Source: Thermodesulfobacteriota bacterium (GTDB lineage Bacteria; Desulfobacterota; Deferrisomatia; Deferrisomatales; JACRMM01). Taken from it: a DNA stretch of 64,000 bases. The stretch is from NCBI GenBank assembly GCA_040756475.1, contig JBFLZB010000003.1, positions 3,965 through 67,964 of the forward strand, written 5' to 3'. Positions 36,116 to 45,335 of this stretch are shown one piece after another (position 1 is the first letter of the stretch; each line of letters starts with the position of its first letter). Below the pieces are notes generated by a model. That model had not been told where the DNA came from and did not search any database. It saw only the letters and a list, made by a program, of their open reading frames with translations. The position numbers were made by a program, and so were the translations under genes.

Positions 36116-37621
36116 CTATCCGCCCCCCTTGGCCGAGGGCAGCTTCGAGACGAGCCGCAGCGACACCGTGAGCCCTTCGAGCTGGTAATGGGGCCGCAGG
36201 TAGAACTTGGAGGTGTAGTAGCCGGGGTTGCCCTCCACCTCCTCCACCACCACCTCGGCGGACGCCAGGGGCTTCATGGCCTTGGTCTCCTCGCTGGAGT
36301 GGGCGGGGTCCCCGTCCACGTACTGGAGGATCCAGTCCTGGAGCCAGCGCTGCATCTCCTCGCGCTCCTTGAACGACCCGATCTTGTCCCGCACGATGCA
36401 CTTCAAGTAGTGGGCAAACCGGCAGCTCGCGAAGAGATAGGGGAAGCGCGCCGCCAGGTTGGCGTTGGCCGTGGCGTCGGGGTCGCTGTACTCCGCGGGC
36501 TTCTGGAGGGACTGGGCGCCGATGAACGCGGCGAAGTCGGTGTTCTTCTTGTGCACCAGGGGCATGAAGCCGTTCTTGGCGAGCTCGGCCTCCCGCCGGT
36601 CGCTGATGGCGATCTCGGTGGGGCACTTCATGTCGACCCCCCCGTCGTCGGTGGGGAAGGTGTGGGTGGGCAGGCCCTCCACCGCCCCCCCCGACTCCAC
36701 GCCCCGGATGCGGGAGCACCAGCCATAGAGCTTGAAGGCGCGGTTGATGTTCACGGCCATGGCGTAGGCCGCGTTGGCCCAGGTGTACTTGTCGTGGCGG
36801 GCGCCCTCCACGTCCTCCTCGAAGTCGAACTCCTCCACGGGGCTGGTGCGGGCGCCGTAGGGCAGCCGCGCCAGGAAGCGCGGCATGGCCAGGCCGATGT
36901 AGCGGGCGTCCTCCGACTCCCGCAGGGAACGCCACGCCGCGTACTCGGGCGTTTGGAAGATCTTGGTGAGGTCCCGCGGGTTGGCGAGCTCCTGCCAGGA
37001 GTCCATCTGCATCACCGTGGGCGCCGCCGCCGTAAGGAAGGGCGCGTGGGATGCCGCCGAGACCTGGGCGATCTGTCCCAGGAGCTCCACGTCGGGCGGG
37101 CTGTGGTCGAAGGTGTAGTCGCCCACGAGGCAGCCGAAGGGCTCGCCCCCGAACTGACCGTACTCCTCCTCGTAGAGCTTCTTGAACAGCGGGCTCTGGT
37201 CCCAGGCCGTGCCCTTGTACTTCTTGAGCGTCTTTCCGAGCTCCTTTTTCGAGATGTTCAGGACGCGGATCTTGAGCATCTCGTCGGTCTCGGTGTTGTT
37301 GACCAGGTAGTGGAGTCCCCGCCACGCACCCTCGAGCTGCTGGAAGTCCTCGTGGTGGAGGATGCGGTTGACCTGCTCGGTGAGCTTGCGGTCGATCTCG
37401 GCGATGATCGCCGAGATCGTCGTCAGGGCATCCTCGGAGACGAGCCGGGTCTGGGCCAGGGCCTGGGCCGCCAGGGTGCGCACCGCAGTTTCCACCGCTT
37501 CCCGGGCCTGGTCGGACTTGGGCTTGAACTCCTTCTGGAGCAGGGACGCAAACTCGCTCACCTCGGCAACCGCAGCGGCAGGCTGGGCTCCCGCCTGGGC
37601 CTGGGTCTTCTCCTCCGCCAT
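36116..37621 (-). CDS. tssC: T6SS contractile sheath large subunit TssC (VipB)
   Basis: FQQLEGAWRGLHYLV....LKIRVLNISKKEL and LPYGA...EEF.FEE motifs. 501 aa. Confidence 0.95.
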   Translation of the reverse strand: MAEEKTQAQAGAQPAAAVAEVSEFASLLQKEFKPKSDQAREAVETAVRTLAAQALAQTRLVSEDALTTISAIIAEIDRKLTEQVNRILHHEDFQQLEGAWRGLHYLVNNTETDEMLKIRVLNISKKELGKTLKKYKGTAWDQSPLFKKLYEEEYGQFGGEPFGCLVGDYTFDHSPPDVELLGQIAQVSAASHAPFLTAAAPTVMQMDSWQELANPRDLTKIFQTPEYAAWRSLRESEDARYIGLAMPRFLARLPYGARTSPVEEFDFEEDVEGARHDKYTWANAAYAMAVNINRAFKLYGWCSRIRGVESGGAVEGLPTHTFPTDDGGVDMKCPTEIAISDRREAELAKNGFMPLVHKKNTDFAAFIGAQSLQKPAEYSDPDATANANLAARFPYLFASCRFAHYLKCIVRDKIGSFKEREEMQRWLQDWILQYVDGDPAHSSEETKAMKPLASAEVVVEEVEGNPGYYTSKFYLRPHYQLEGLTVSLRLVSKLPSAKGGG

Positions 37622-37624
37622 GGC

Positions 37625-38149
37625 TCAGCCCTCCTCTTTCGCAGGTGCGTCGGTCTGGGGCTTGGGCGCCGACGCCAGCGCCTGGAGGAGCGCCGGGTCC
37701 TGGAGAACCTTCGCGATGAGCTCCTCGGCACCGGTCTTCCCGTCCATGTACGTCATGAGGTTCGAGAGCTGGGTGCGGGCCTGGAGGAGCTGGTTCAAGG
37801 CATCGACCTTGCGGGCCACGGCCGCGGGGGAGAAGTCGTCCATGCTCTCGAAAGTGATGTCCACGTTGAGGTTGCCCTCCCCCGTGAGGGTGTTGGGCAC
37901 CTGGAACGCCACCCGGGGCTTCATGGCCTTGAGGCGCTCGTCGAAGTTGTCCACGTCGATCGAGAGCATCTTGCGGTCAGCCACGGGGGCGAGGGGCTCG
38001 GCGGGCTTGCCCGAGAGGTCGGCCAGCACCCCCATGACGAAGGGAAGCTGGATCTTCTTCTCGGCCCCGTAGAGCTCCACGTCGTACTCGATCTGGACCC
38101 GGGGCGCCCGGTTGCGGGCAATGAACTTCTGGCTGCTCATCTTGGCCAA
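37625..38149 (-). CDS. tssB: T6SS contractile sheath small subunit TssB (VipA)
   Basis: SQKFIARNRAPRVQIEYDVELYGAEKKIQLPFVMGVLADLSG. 174 aa. Confidence 0.95.
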   Translation of the reverse strand: MAKMSSQKFIARNRAPRVQIEYDVELYGAEKKIQLPFVMGVLADLSGKPAEPLAPVADRKMLSIDVDNFDERLKAMKPRVAFQVPNTLTGEGNLNVDITFESMDDFSPAAVARKVDALNQLLQARTQLSNLMTYMDGKTGAEELIAKVLQDPALLQALASAPKPQTDAPAKEEG

Positions 38150-38222
38150 GTCTCACCTCCTCCGGCGTGCGTGCCGCGCCTGCCCACTTCGTGTCACCTG
38201 CTTACTTCAAGTGCGTTTCCTG

Positions 38223-39275
38223 TCAACCCCCCTCCTCGGGGCCGCGGATCGTCTCCACCTGTGCGACGCCGTCGGGGGCGAGATCCCGAACGATCTCCAG
38301 GAAGCTCTTGGAGACCAGCCGCTGGGCCCTGCGGAGCAGGAGCGGCACAGGGCTCGAGGGCTCGTGGCGGGCGAAGTACTCGCAGACCCCGTCGAGCGCC
38401 CGCACCACGTCCTCGCGGGTCGCGATCTGGCCAGGAGCGGCAGGGGCGACGGCAGGCCGCGCCGCTGCCCCGGCAGGAGCCCCCTGGACGGCAGATCCCC
38501 CGTCGGCTGCCGCACCCCCGGAAACCCCGCGTTTGCCCAGCGCCTCGTCCACCACCTTGGCCCCGCTTCGCAGGAGTTCCCGAAGCTCCTCCAGGTCCGG
38601 CGCCTGCGCCGCTCCCACCTGCTCGGTCACCAGGGTCTCGATGCCGGTCACGCCCTCCAGGCAGCGTCCGAGTACCCGTGCCGTCTCCTGGAGCGCCCCG
38701 AGCTCGCACCCCCGGAAGGCGGCCTCCACGACGCCGGGGTCCGGGGGTGCTCCCGCCCCCGGCGGAAGCGCCAGGAGGCCGGTGGCCGCCTGCACGTCGC
38801 GCAGGCTGTACCGGCCCAGGGCGGGGGAGGCGACCAGGGGCGCCTCGCGCACCGCGCGCAGGGTCGCCTCGGGATCCCGCAGCGACGCGATACAGTTCAC
38901 GCGCAGGGTCGGATCGTTGTCGTCCTCCGGGTCGAGCCGGGGGTGCAGCCCTTCCCAGTACCGTTCCACGAGCCCTTTCACTAGGTCCAGGCCGTCGGCA
39001 AGGCCCGCCAGGCCGTCGGTACGCGCCAGGGCCCGGGCGAGGTACACTGCCGCTCGCAGGTCCTTGCTCCAGCCCAGGAGAGCCGCCGCCTGCTTCTTCA
39101 CGGCGCTCCAATCCGGCGCCTCGGCGGGAATGACCGTGTCGCCATACTGCTGCTCGGGTTTGCCTTGGGCGGCGCGTTCCAACTCGCCGAAGGCAGGGTC
39201 GTATTCCAGGTTCTCCCCGCAGGGGTCGGCCCCGGGCACCGGCTGCAGCAGCTCCTCCACGTCGATCGCGCTCAT
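38223..39275 (-). CDS. tssA: T6SS protein TssA (ImpA N-terminal domain family)
   Basis: MSAIDVEELLQPVPGADPCGENLEYDPAFGELERA...DW..V......LL..SKDLR ImpA_N pattern. Start at Met30 of the track ORF. Confidence 0.85.
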   Translation of the reverse strand: MSAIDVEELLQPVPGADPCGENLEYDPAFGELERAAQGKPEQQYGDTVIPAEAPDWSAVKKQAAALLGWSKDLRAAVYLARALARTDGLAGLADGLDLVKGLVERYWEGLHPRLDPEDDNDPTLRVNCIASLRDPEATLRAVREAPLVASPALGRYSLRDVQAATGLLALPPGAGAPPDPGVVEAAFRGCELGALQETARVLGRCLEGVTGIETLVTEQVGAAQAPDLEELRELLRSGAKVVDEALGKRGVSGGAAADGGSAVQGAPAGAAARPAVAPAAPGQIATREDVVRALDGVCEYFARHEPSSPVPLLLRRAQRLVSKSFLEIVRDLAPDGVAQVETIRGPEEGG

Positions 39276-39333
39276 GGGAGATCCTCGGCTCCAGGTGTTC
39301 GGTCTTCCCGCGGGGCATCTCCTGCCTGGCTGC

Positions 39334-39362
39334 AAATAGAACACGCGTCCATCAACTGTCAA
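39334..39362 (-). promoter_or_regulatory. candidate sigma-70 promoter of the T6SS operon (TTGACA-N17-CTATTT)
   Basis: The minus strand reads cattGACAgttgatggacgcgtgttCTATTTgca. It has a perfect -35 and a weak -10, about 60 nt upstream of the tssA ATG and just after the upstream terminator hairpin. Confidence 0.3.
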
Positions 39363-39367
39363 TGGGT

Positions 39368-39390
39368 GGAAAAGGACCGGTGGGTCCTTC
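39368..39390 (-). terminator. hairpin terminator after the glycosyltransferase gene
   Basis: The minus strand reads AAGGACC-cacc-GGTCCTT followed by TTCC (GGTCCTTTTCC), 27 nt after the stop at 39417. The U-tract is short. Confidence 0.35.
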
Positions 39391-39416
39391 CCGCGGCTCG
39401 GCGACGAGGGGCCCCG

Positions 39417-40538
39417 TCAGCCTCCGTCCCGTCGCCTGCACCGTGCCGCCACCCGTGCCCAGACCGCCTCGTAGGACGCCACCATGCGGTCCACCGCGAA
39501 GCGCTCGAGAACCCGTGCCCTTCCCGCCTCGCCGTGGGTTCGGGCCGCTTCGGGCTGGGCTCGGTAGTGCTCCAGGGCGGCGGCCAGGGCGAGTGCGTCT
39601 CCCGGCGGCACCAGGGCTCCCGTGAGCCCGTCCTGCACGAGCTCCGGGTTTCCCCCCACCCGGGTCGCCACCACCGGCAGCCCCGCGGCCATCGCCTCGA
39701 GGATGGTGTTGGAGATCCCCTCGTTGCGGGAGGGCAGCACGAACACGTCCAGGACACGCAGGAGCTCGGGCACCTCCCGGCGGTCCCCCAGGAAGAGCAC
39801 CCCCTCCCCCGCCTCCGACTCCAGGCGCGAGCGCTCGGGCCCGTCGCCCAACACGAGGAGGCGCGCGCCGACGTCGGCCGCATGCAGCCGGGAGAAGGCG
39901 CGAAACAAGGTGGCATGGTCCTTGATGGGGTCGAGCCGGCCCACCACCCCAAGGACGAAGGAGTTCGGGGCAATCCCCAGGGTCTCGCGCAAGGCCTGCC
40001 CTTCGGGCCCCGGCCGGTATCGCAGGGCGTCGATGCCGTTGTAGATCTGGGTAATGGGCCGGCGCACGCCCACCTCCCGGCGCAGCCAGCCCACCATGGC
40101 CTGGGAAACGCAGGTGTACTCCCGCACCCAGCGCTGCACGAAACGGCGCACCCGGAGCCTCCGGGGGCTCGAGCCCTCCGGGTCGTCCATGCCCCAGCCG
40201 TGCTCGCCGTGGACCACGTCTTGGAGGCCCGCCAGGCGCGCCGCAAGGACGCCGTCGATCCCGCTCCAGTTGCGGGTGTGGACCACGTCGGGGGCGAGCC
40301 GGCGCAGCACCCGGCTCAGGCGCCAGAGAAAGGCCGGCGAGTTGCCTGGCGGCTTCCCGAGCGCCACCACCGGAGTCGCCGGCGGCAGCAGGCGCTCCGA
40401 CGCGCCGGACCCGGTCAGGCACACCACCGTGTGCGCGAACCCCGGCGAAGCGCCGCGCACCACCGTGGCGATGCCCTTCTCGAGGCCTCCGGTGCCGAAG
40501 GAGTAGAGGACGTGGGCGACGCGGACCGGTGCCGGCAC
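39417..40538 (-). CDS. GT4-family glycosyltransferase (PEP-CTERM/EpsH1-system-associated sugar transferase type)
   Basis: RVAHVLYSFGTGGLEKGI N-terminus, C-terminal ...FVLPSRNEGISNTILEAMAAGLPVVATRVGGNPELV (EX7E region). Proposed GTG start at 40538 (Val118 of the track ORF), because the longer ORF would overlap asnB. Confidence 0.8.
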   Translation of the reverse strand: MPAPVRVAHVLYSFGTGGLEKGIATVVRGASPGFAHTVVCLTGSGASERLLPPATPVVALGKPPGNSPAFLWRLSRVLRRLAPDVVHTRNWSGIDGVLAARLAGLQDVVHGEHGWGMDDPEGSSPRRLRVRRFVQRWVREYTCVSQAMVGWLRREVGVRRPITQIYNGIDALRYRPGPEGQALRETLGIAPNSFVLGVVGRLDPIKDHATLFRAFSRLHAADVGARLLVLGDGPERSRLESEAGEGVLFLGDRREVPELLRVLDVFVLPSRNEGISNTILEAMAAGLPVVATRVGGNPELVQDGLTGALVPPGDALALAAALEHYRAQPEAARTHGEAGRARVLERFAVDRMVASYEAVWARVAARCRRRDGG

Positions 40539-40549
40539 GGGGTACCCCC

Positions 40550-42532
40550 CTACCCCCCCGGAGCCTGGACGAACCGCCGGTGCCACAGGTTGAGCATCAT
40601 CACGACCCAGAGCTCCGTGGCGCGGTTGCGCAGCCCGCTCTGGTGCTCGCTCCAGAGCCGTTCCAGGTAGGTGCGGTCCAGGTAGTCCCGGGTGGCGCCG
40701 CCCTCCAACACGAGGTCTCGGCCGTACTCCCTGAGATCTCCCCGGAGCCACTCCAGGATCGGCACCCCGAAGCCCATCTTCTTGCGATACAGGATGTCGT
40801 CGGGCAGGTAGCGCTTGAGGGCCTTCTTGAAGATGTGCTTTCCCTCCAGGCCCACGAGCTTCAGGCGGGCCGGAATGCGGGCGGCACACTCCATGAAGAC
40901 GTGGTCGAGCACGGGGCAGCGCACCTCCAGGGAGACCGCCATGCTGGCCCGGTCGACCTTGGTGAGGATGTCCTCGGTGAGGTAGGTCTTGATGTCGAGA
41001 TACTGGATCCTGGAGAGGTGGTCCGGGGCCGGCGCCCGGGCGTAGATCTCGCGGAAGAGGTCCCCCGTGCGATACCCGCCCAGGGCGCGGACCGCGTCGC
41101 GGCTCAGGACCTCGCCCTTGTCCCCGTCCTTGAAGGCGCTCACCGAGTGGAAGTAGGCGTCCGCGGGCTCCCGGGCCACGTTGGAGAGGAACGCCTTGCC
41201 CCGGAAGACCCGGGGAAGGTAGTCGGCCTTGGGGTAGAGCCGCCCGATCAGGCCGAAGATCGGCCGGCGCAGGGGGGAGGGCACGGCGTTGCGCACCAGG
41301 GTCTCCCGGGCGTCCATGTAGTAGCGGCGGTACCCCGCGAAGTTCTCGTCGCCCCCGTCCCCCGAGAGGGACACGGTGACGTTCTCCCGGGCGACCTTGG
41401 AGACGTAGTAGGTGGGCACCGCCGAGGAGTCGGCGAAGGGCTCGTCGTAGTGCCAGGCCAGCTCCTCGATGACCGGCACCGCGTCGGGGGTCACGTGGAA
41501 TTCGTGGTGGTCGGTCCGGTAGAGCTCGGCCACCCGGCGGGCGTGCGCCGCCTCGTCGTAGGCCGCCACGCTGAACGAGATCGAGTTGGTGAGCACCGGC
41601 CTGCCGGGGGAGGCCCGGGCCATGAGGGCCACGACCGCCGAAGAGTCAACCCCCCCGGAGAGGAACGCCCCGAGCGGCACCTCGCTGATCATCCGCAGCC
41701 GCGTGGCCTCTTCGAGGACGCCCAGGAGCTCCTCGATCACCTCCTCCTCGGAGCGGTCTTCCCGAGGCTCGAAGGTGAGGTCCCAGTAGGGCGCCACGGC
41801 CACGCCGTCTCGGGTCACCAGGGCCGAGTGGGCCGCGGGGAGCTTGCGGACTGCGCGAAAGATGGACTTGGGGGAGGGAACGTAGAGCAGGGAGAGGTAG
41901 TCCGAAAGCGCCGTGAGATCCAGGTCTCGGGGCACCCCGGGCGCTCCGAGGACGGCCTTGAGCTCCGACCCGAAGACGAACCGGTCGGCGTCGGCCAGGT
42001 AGTACAGGGGCTTCTTCCCCACCCGGTCCCGGGCGAGCCAGAGCACCTGGCGGCGCTCGTCCCAGAGGGCGAAGGCGAACATCCCGCGGAACCGCTTCAC
42101 CGCCTCGGCGCCCCACTCCTCCCAGGCGTGGACGATGACCTCCGTGTCCGAGTGGGTACGGAACCGGTGCCCCAGGACTTGGAGCTCCCGGTGCAGCTCC
42201 TGGAAATTGTAGATCTCCCCGTTGAAGGAGACCCAGACCGTGCCGTCCTCATTTGCCAGGGGCTGTTGCCCGGTGGAGAGGTCGATGATGGAGAGCCGCC
42301 GGTGCCCCAGGCCCACGTTGCCGGCGCCCTTGGCGAGCCCCCCCCGCAGGGGCGGCGGGCCCTCGGCCCCGGCCTTCTCCCCCAGCGCCGCTGCCCAGCC
42401 CTCCGAGGGCCCGTTGACGAAATACCCTTCCTCGTCGGGTCCCCGGTGGACCAGGGTCCGGGTCATGCGCACGAGCACATCCGGGGCCACCGGAGCCCCG
42501 TTGCGATGATAGATGCCCGCGATGCCGCACAT
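40550..42532 (-). CDS. asnB: asparagine synthase (glutamine-hydrolysing), exosortase/EPS-associated type
   Basis: MCGIAGIYHRNG Ntn-amidotransferase N-terminus (Cys2) and an SGGVDSS PP-loop. Start at Met71 of the track ORF; the upstream codons are hexamer-repeat read-through (EIEIEIEIE). Confidence 0.9.
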   Translation of the reverse strand: MCGIAGIYHRNGAPVAPDVLVRMTRTLVHRGPDEEGYFVNGPSEGWAAALGEKAGAEGPPPLRGGLAKGAGNVGLGHRRLSIIDLSTGQQPLANEDGTVWVSFNGEIYNFQELHRELQVLGHRFRTHSDTEVIVHAWEEWGAEAVKRFRGMFAFALWDERRQVLWLARDRVGKKPLYYLADADRFVFGSELKAVLGAPGVPRDLDLTALSDYLSLLYVPSPKSIFRAVRKLPAAHSALVTRDGVAVAPYWDLTFEPREDRSEEEVIEELLGVLEEATRLRMISEVPLGAFLSGGVDSSAVVALMARASPGRPVLTNSISFSVAAYDEAAHARRVAELYRTDHHEFHVTPDAVPVIEELAWHYDEPFADSSAVPTYYVSKVARENVTVSLSGDGGDENFAGYRRYYMDARETLVRNAVPSPLRRPIFGLIGRLYPKADYLPRVFRGKAFLSNVAREPADAYFHSVSAFKDGDKGEVLSRDAVRALGGYRTGDLFREIYARAPAPDHLSRIQYLDIKTYLTEDILTKVDRASMAVSLEVRCPVLDHVFMECAARIPARLKLVGLEGKHIFKKALKRYLPDDILYRKKMGFGVPILEWLRGDLREYGRDLVLEGGATRDYLDRTYLERLWSEHQSGLRNRATELWVVMMLNLWHRRFVQAPGG

Positions 42533-42710
42533 GCCGGTTCCCCCGAGAGGAGTGGAGGCTCTGGGACGGCCGTTTGTAGCACGCACGCAAAGACCGTTGC
42601 AATTCGGGGCGGCGCCGTCGGGTGCCGCACAACCGCACCCCGCCCCTGACGGGAGTGCCGTGGCTCGCCCCCCGCGGGAATCGGGACCGAGAACGGGGTA
42701 GTGTCCGTCT

Positions 42711-42734
42711 TCGATTTCGATTTCGATCTCGATC
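42711..42734. repeat. tandem hexamer array (TCGATT x2, TCGATC x2)
   Basis: Read directly. About 180 nt upstream of the asnB start. Confidence 0.85.
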
Positions 42735-42782
42735 TCTGGCATACAGGGCGGGGGGAGCCCCGGCCTGCGCGCGAAGTCCCGG

Positions 42783-44183
42783 CTACTCCCCCATGAGGTA
42801 GGCGTGGATGGCGTCGGCGGCGGTGCGGCCGGCGCCCATGGCGAGGATGACCGTGGCGGCGCCGGTCACGACGTCGCCCCCCGCATAGACGCCGGGCATG
42901 GTGGTGGCGCCGGTGGCCTCGTCCACGATGACCGTGCCCCACTTGCTCACCTGGATCTGGGGCGTGGTGCTGGGGATGAGGGGATTGGGGGAGTTGCCGA
43001 TGGCCACGACCACCGTATCCACCTCGAGGACGAACTCCGAGCCCTTCATCTCCCGGGGCTTGCGCCGGCCCGACTCGTCGGGCTCCCCGAGCTCCATGCG
43101 CAGGCACTCCATCCCCCGCACCCAGCCGCCCTCCCCGGGAAGGATGCGCACCGGGTTGGTGAGGAGCTGGAGGTCGACCCCCTCCTCCTCGGCGTGGTGG
43201 ATCTCCTCGGCCCGGGCCGGCATCTCGTCGCGCCCCCGGCGGTACACGATGATCGAGGCCTCGGCCCCGAGGCGAAGCGCGGTGCGCGCCGCGTCCATGG
43301 CCACGTTGCCGCCCCCCAGCACCGCCACGCGCCGGCCCCGGAGGATGGGGGTGTCGTACTCGGGAAAGAGGTAGGCCTTCATGAGGTTGGAGCGGGTCAG
43401 GTACTCGTTGGCCGAGTACACGCCGTTCAAGTTCTCCCCGGGGATCCCCATGAAGCGCGGCAGGCCCGCCCCCGAGCCCACGAAGACCGCGTCGAAGCCG
43501 TCCTCTTCGAAGAGCTCCTGCACGGTGCGGGTCTTGCCGATCACCGCGTTCACCTCGATCTTCACCCCGAGCCGGGTGAGGAAGTCCACCTCTGCCTGGA
43601 CGATGGCCTTGGGGAGACGGAACTCGGGGATGCCGTAGACGAGCACCCCCCCGGGCTTGTGGAGCGCCTCGAAGACGGTGACCTCGTGGCCCTTGCGGAT
43701 GAGGTCCCCCGCCACCGTGAGTCCCGCGGGCCCGGAGCCGATCACCGCGACCTTCTTGCCGGTGCGGGGCGCGAGCTCCGGGAGCGCCGGGTCGCCCTGG
43801 GTGCGCTCCCAGTCCGCGGCAAAGCGCTCCAGGCGCCCGATGGCCACGGGCTGGTCCTTCTTGCCCACCACGCAGTAGATCTCGCACTGGCTCTCCTGCG
43901 GGCAGACCCGGCCGCACACCGCCGGAAGACTGTTCTTTTCCTTGAGGACCTCTGCGGCCCGCCGGAAGTTGCCCTCGCCGATCTGGGCGATGAAGTCGGG
44001 GATGAAGACTTGGACCGGACACCCCTGGCGGCACGCGGGCTTCTTGCACTGGAGGCACCGAGACGCTTCCCGGATGGCCATCTCAGGGGTATAGCCCAGG
44101 GGCACTTCGTCGAAGTTGCGGGCGCGGACCTGGGGCTCTTGCTCGGGCATGGAAACCCGGGGGATGCGCTCCTTCTTGGCCAT
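42783..44183 (-). CDS. nfnB: NADPH-dependent oxidoreductase, GltD/SudA/NfnB family (large subunit of an NfnAB-type pair)
   Basis: RNFDEV..GY....A..EA.RCLQCKKPAC..GCPV Fe-S N-terminus, two dinucleotide folds (VAVIGSGPAGL, VAVLGGGNVAMD). 466 aa. Confidence 0.85.
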   Translation of the reverse strand: MAKKERIPRVSMPEQEPQVRARNFDEVPLGYTPEMAIREASRCLQCKKPACRQGCPVQVFIPDFIAQIGEGNFRRAAEVLKEKNSLPAVCGRVCPQESQCEIYCVVGKKDQPVAIGRLERFAADWERTQGDPALPELAPRTGKKVAVIGSGPAGLTVAGDLIRKGHEVTVFEALHKPGGVLVYGIPEFRLPKAIVQAEVDFLTRLGVKIEVNAVIGKTRTVQELFEEDGFDAVFVGSGAGLPRFMGIPGENLNGVYSANEYLTRSNLMKAYLFPEYDTPILRGRRVAVLGGGNVAMDAARTALRLGAEASIIVYRRGRDEMPARAEEIHHAEEEGVDLQLLTNPVRILPGEGGWVRGMECLRMELGEPDESGRRKPREMKGSEFVLEVDTVVVAIGNSPNPLIPSTTPQIQVSKWGTVIVDEATGATTMPGVYAGGDVVTGAATVILAMGAGRTAADAIHAYLMGE

Positions 44184-44214
44184 CGGGATGAACCTCCGGG
44201 ATGGGGGCCTGGGG

Positions 44215-45066
44215 TCAGGAACAGCGGTGGGCGTGGCCTTCGTGGAAGACCTGCATGGCCCGCTTCTCGTCGTCCAGGTAGATGCGCAGGCGCTGGGTCA
44301 GCTCGTCGAAGTCCACCTGGTGGCCGTCGAACTCGGGGCCGTCCACGCAGGCGAACTTGGTCTCGCCACCCACGCTCACACGGCACGCCCCGCACATGCC
44401 GGTGGCGTCCACCATGATGGGGTTCAGGCTCACCTCGGTCGGCACTGCGTACTCCCGGGTCACCTTGCAGCAGGCCCGCATCATGGGGACAGGACCGATG
44501 GCCATGACGAGGGAGACCCTGTCCTTTCCCTCGCGCTCGATCACCTGGCGCAGCACGTCGGTGACGAAACCGTGGTGGCCGTAGGAGCCGTCGTCGGTGG
44601 CCACCAGGAGCTCGTCGCTCGCCCGGCGCATCTCGTCCTCCAGGATGAGGAGCTCCTGGGTGCGCGCCCCGATGATCGAGACAACCCGGTTGCCGGCGTC
44701 TCGCAGGGCGCGGGCGATGGGGTGGACGGGCGCCACGCCGATGCCGCCCCCGACGCACACCGTCACCCCCGGAAACTTCTCGATGTGGGTGGGGCGCCCC
44801 AGGGGCCCGGCCAGGTCCAGGAGGCGGCTGCCCACCGGCAGCTCGCCGAGCTCGGTGGTGGTCTTCCCCACCGCCTGGAAGACCAGGGTGAGGGTGCCCG
44901 CCTCGGGATCCTTGTCGGCCACGGTGAGGGGGATGCGTTCCCCCTTCTCGTGGATGCGCAGCATGACGAAGTTGCCCGCCCTGTGCTTCCGGGCGACCTC
45001 GGGCGCCCGCAGCACGAGCCGGTAGACCGTGGGGGCGAGGGTCTGGTTCTCCAGGATCTCGAACAA
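44215..45066 (-). CDS. nfnA: ferredoxin-NADP reductase-like small subunit, PyrK/SudB/NfnA family
   Basis: FEILENQTLAPTVYRLVLRAPEVARK...RIPLTVAD and the C-terminal cluster CGACRV....KFACVDGPEF. I prefer the TTG start at 45066, preceded by an AAAAGGAGGAG SD; the track start at 45102 is the alternative. Confidence 0.8.
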   Translation of the reverse strand: MFEILENQTLAPTVYRLVLRAPEVARKHRAGNFVMLRIHEKGERIPLTVADKDPEAGTLTLVFQAVGKTTTELGELPVGSRLLDLAGPLGRPTHIEKFPGVTVCVGGGIGVAPVHPIARALRDAGNRVVSIIGARTQELLILEDEMRRASDELLVATDDGSYGHHGFVTDVLRQVIEREGKDRVSLVMAIGPVPMMRACCKVTREYAVPTEVSLNPIMVDATGMCGACRVSVGGETKFACVDGPEFDGHQVDFDELTQRLRIYLDDEKRAMQVFHEGHAHRCS

Positions 45067-45238
45067 CGCGTCTCCTCCTTTTGTCGGCAGCCGCCGGAGC
45101 ATATGCCGCCGGGCCGCCGGCCTGTCAAGGAAACCAACCTCGAGAGCTCACCACCAAGACACCGGGACACGAAGGGAATCGGACTTGCGGCGTGGACGAA
45201 GACCGTTCGCGGCGCGGGCGGAGCGCCCTCCACACCCC

Positions 45239-45268
45239 CTGTGGATAGCCTGTGGACGGCCCTGTGGA
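45239..45268. promoter_or_regulatory. three direct repeats of CTGTGGA spaced 11 and 12 bp
   Basis: CTGTGGAtagc CTGTGGAcggcc CTGTGGA, read directly, about 175-200 nt upstream of nfnA. One-helical-turn spacing is typical of direct-repeat-binding regulators. Confidence 0.3.
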
Positions 45269-45335
45269 TACCCCCGTCCTCCCCAGCGCCGGCGCGGCCC
45301 GGCCGTGGAGTGCACAGACTTTCATCATGGCATAA

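Noticed and set aside
38221-38226. TTGACA on the minus strand, overlapping the tssA stop, as an internal promoter for tssB.
   Set aside because: There is no acceptable -10 at 16-18 nt; the best candidate is TAAGCA.
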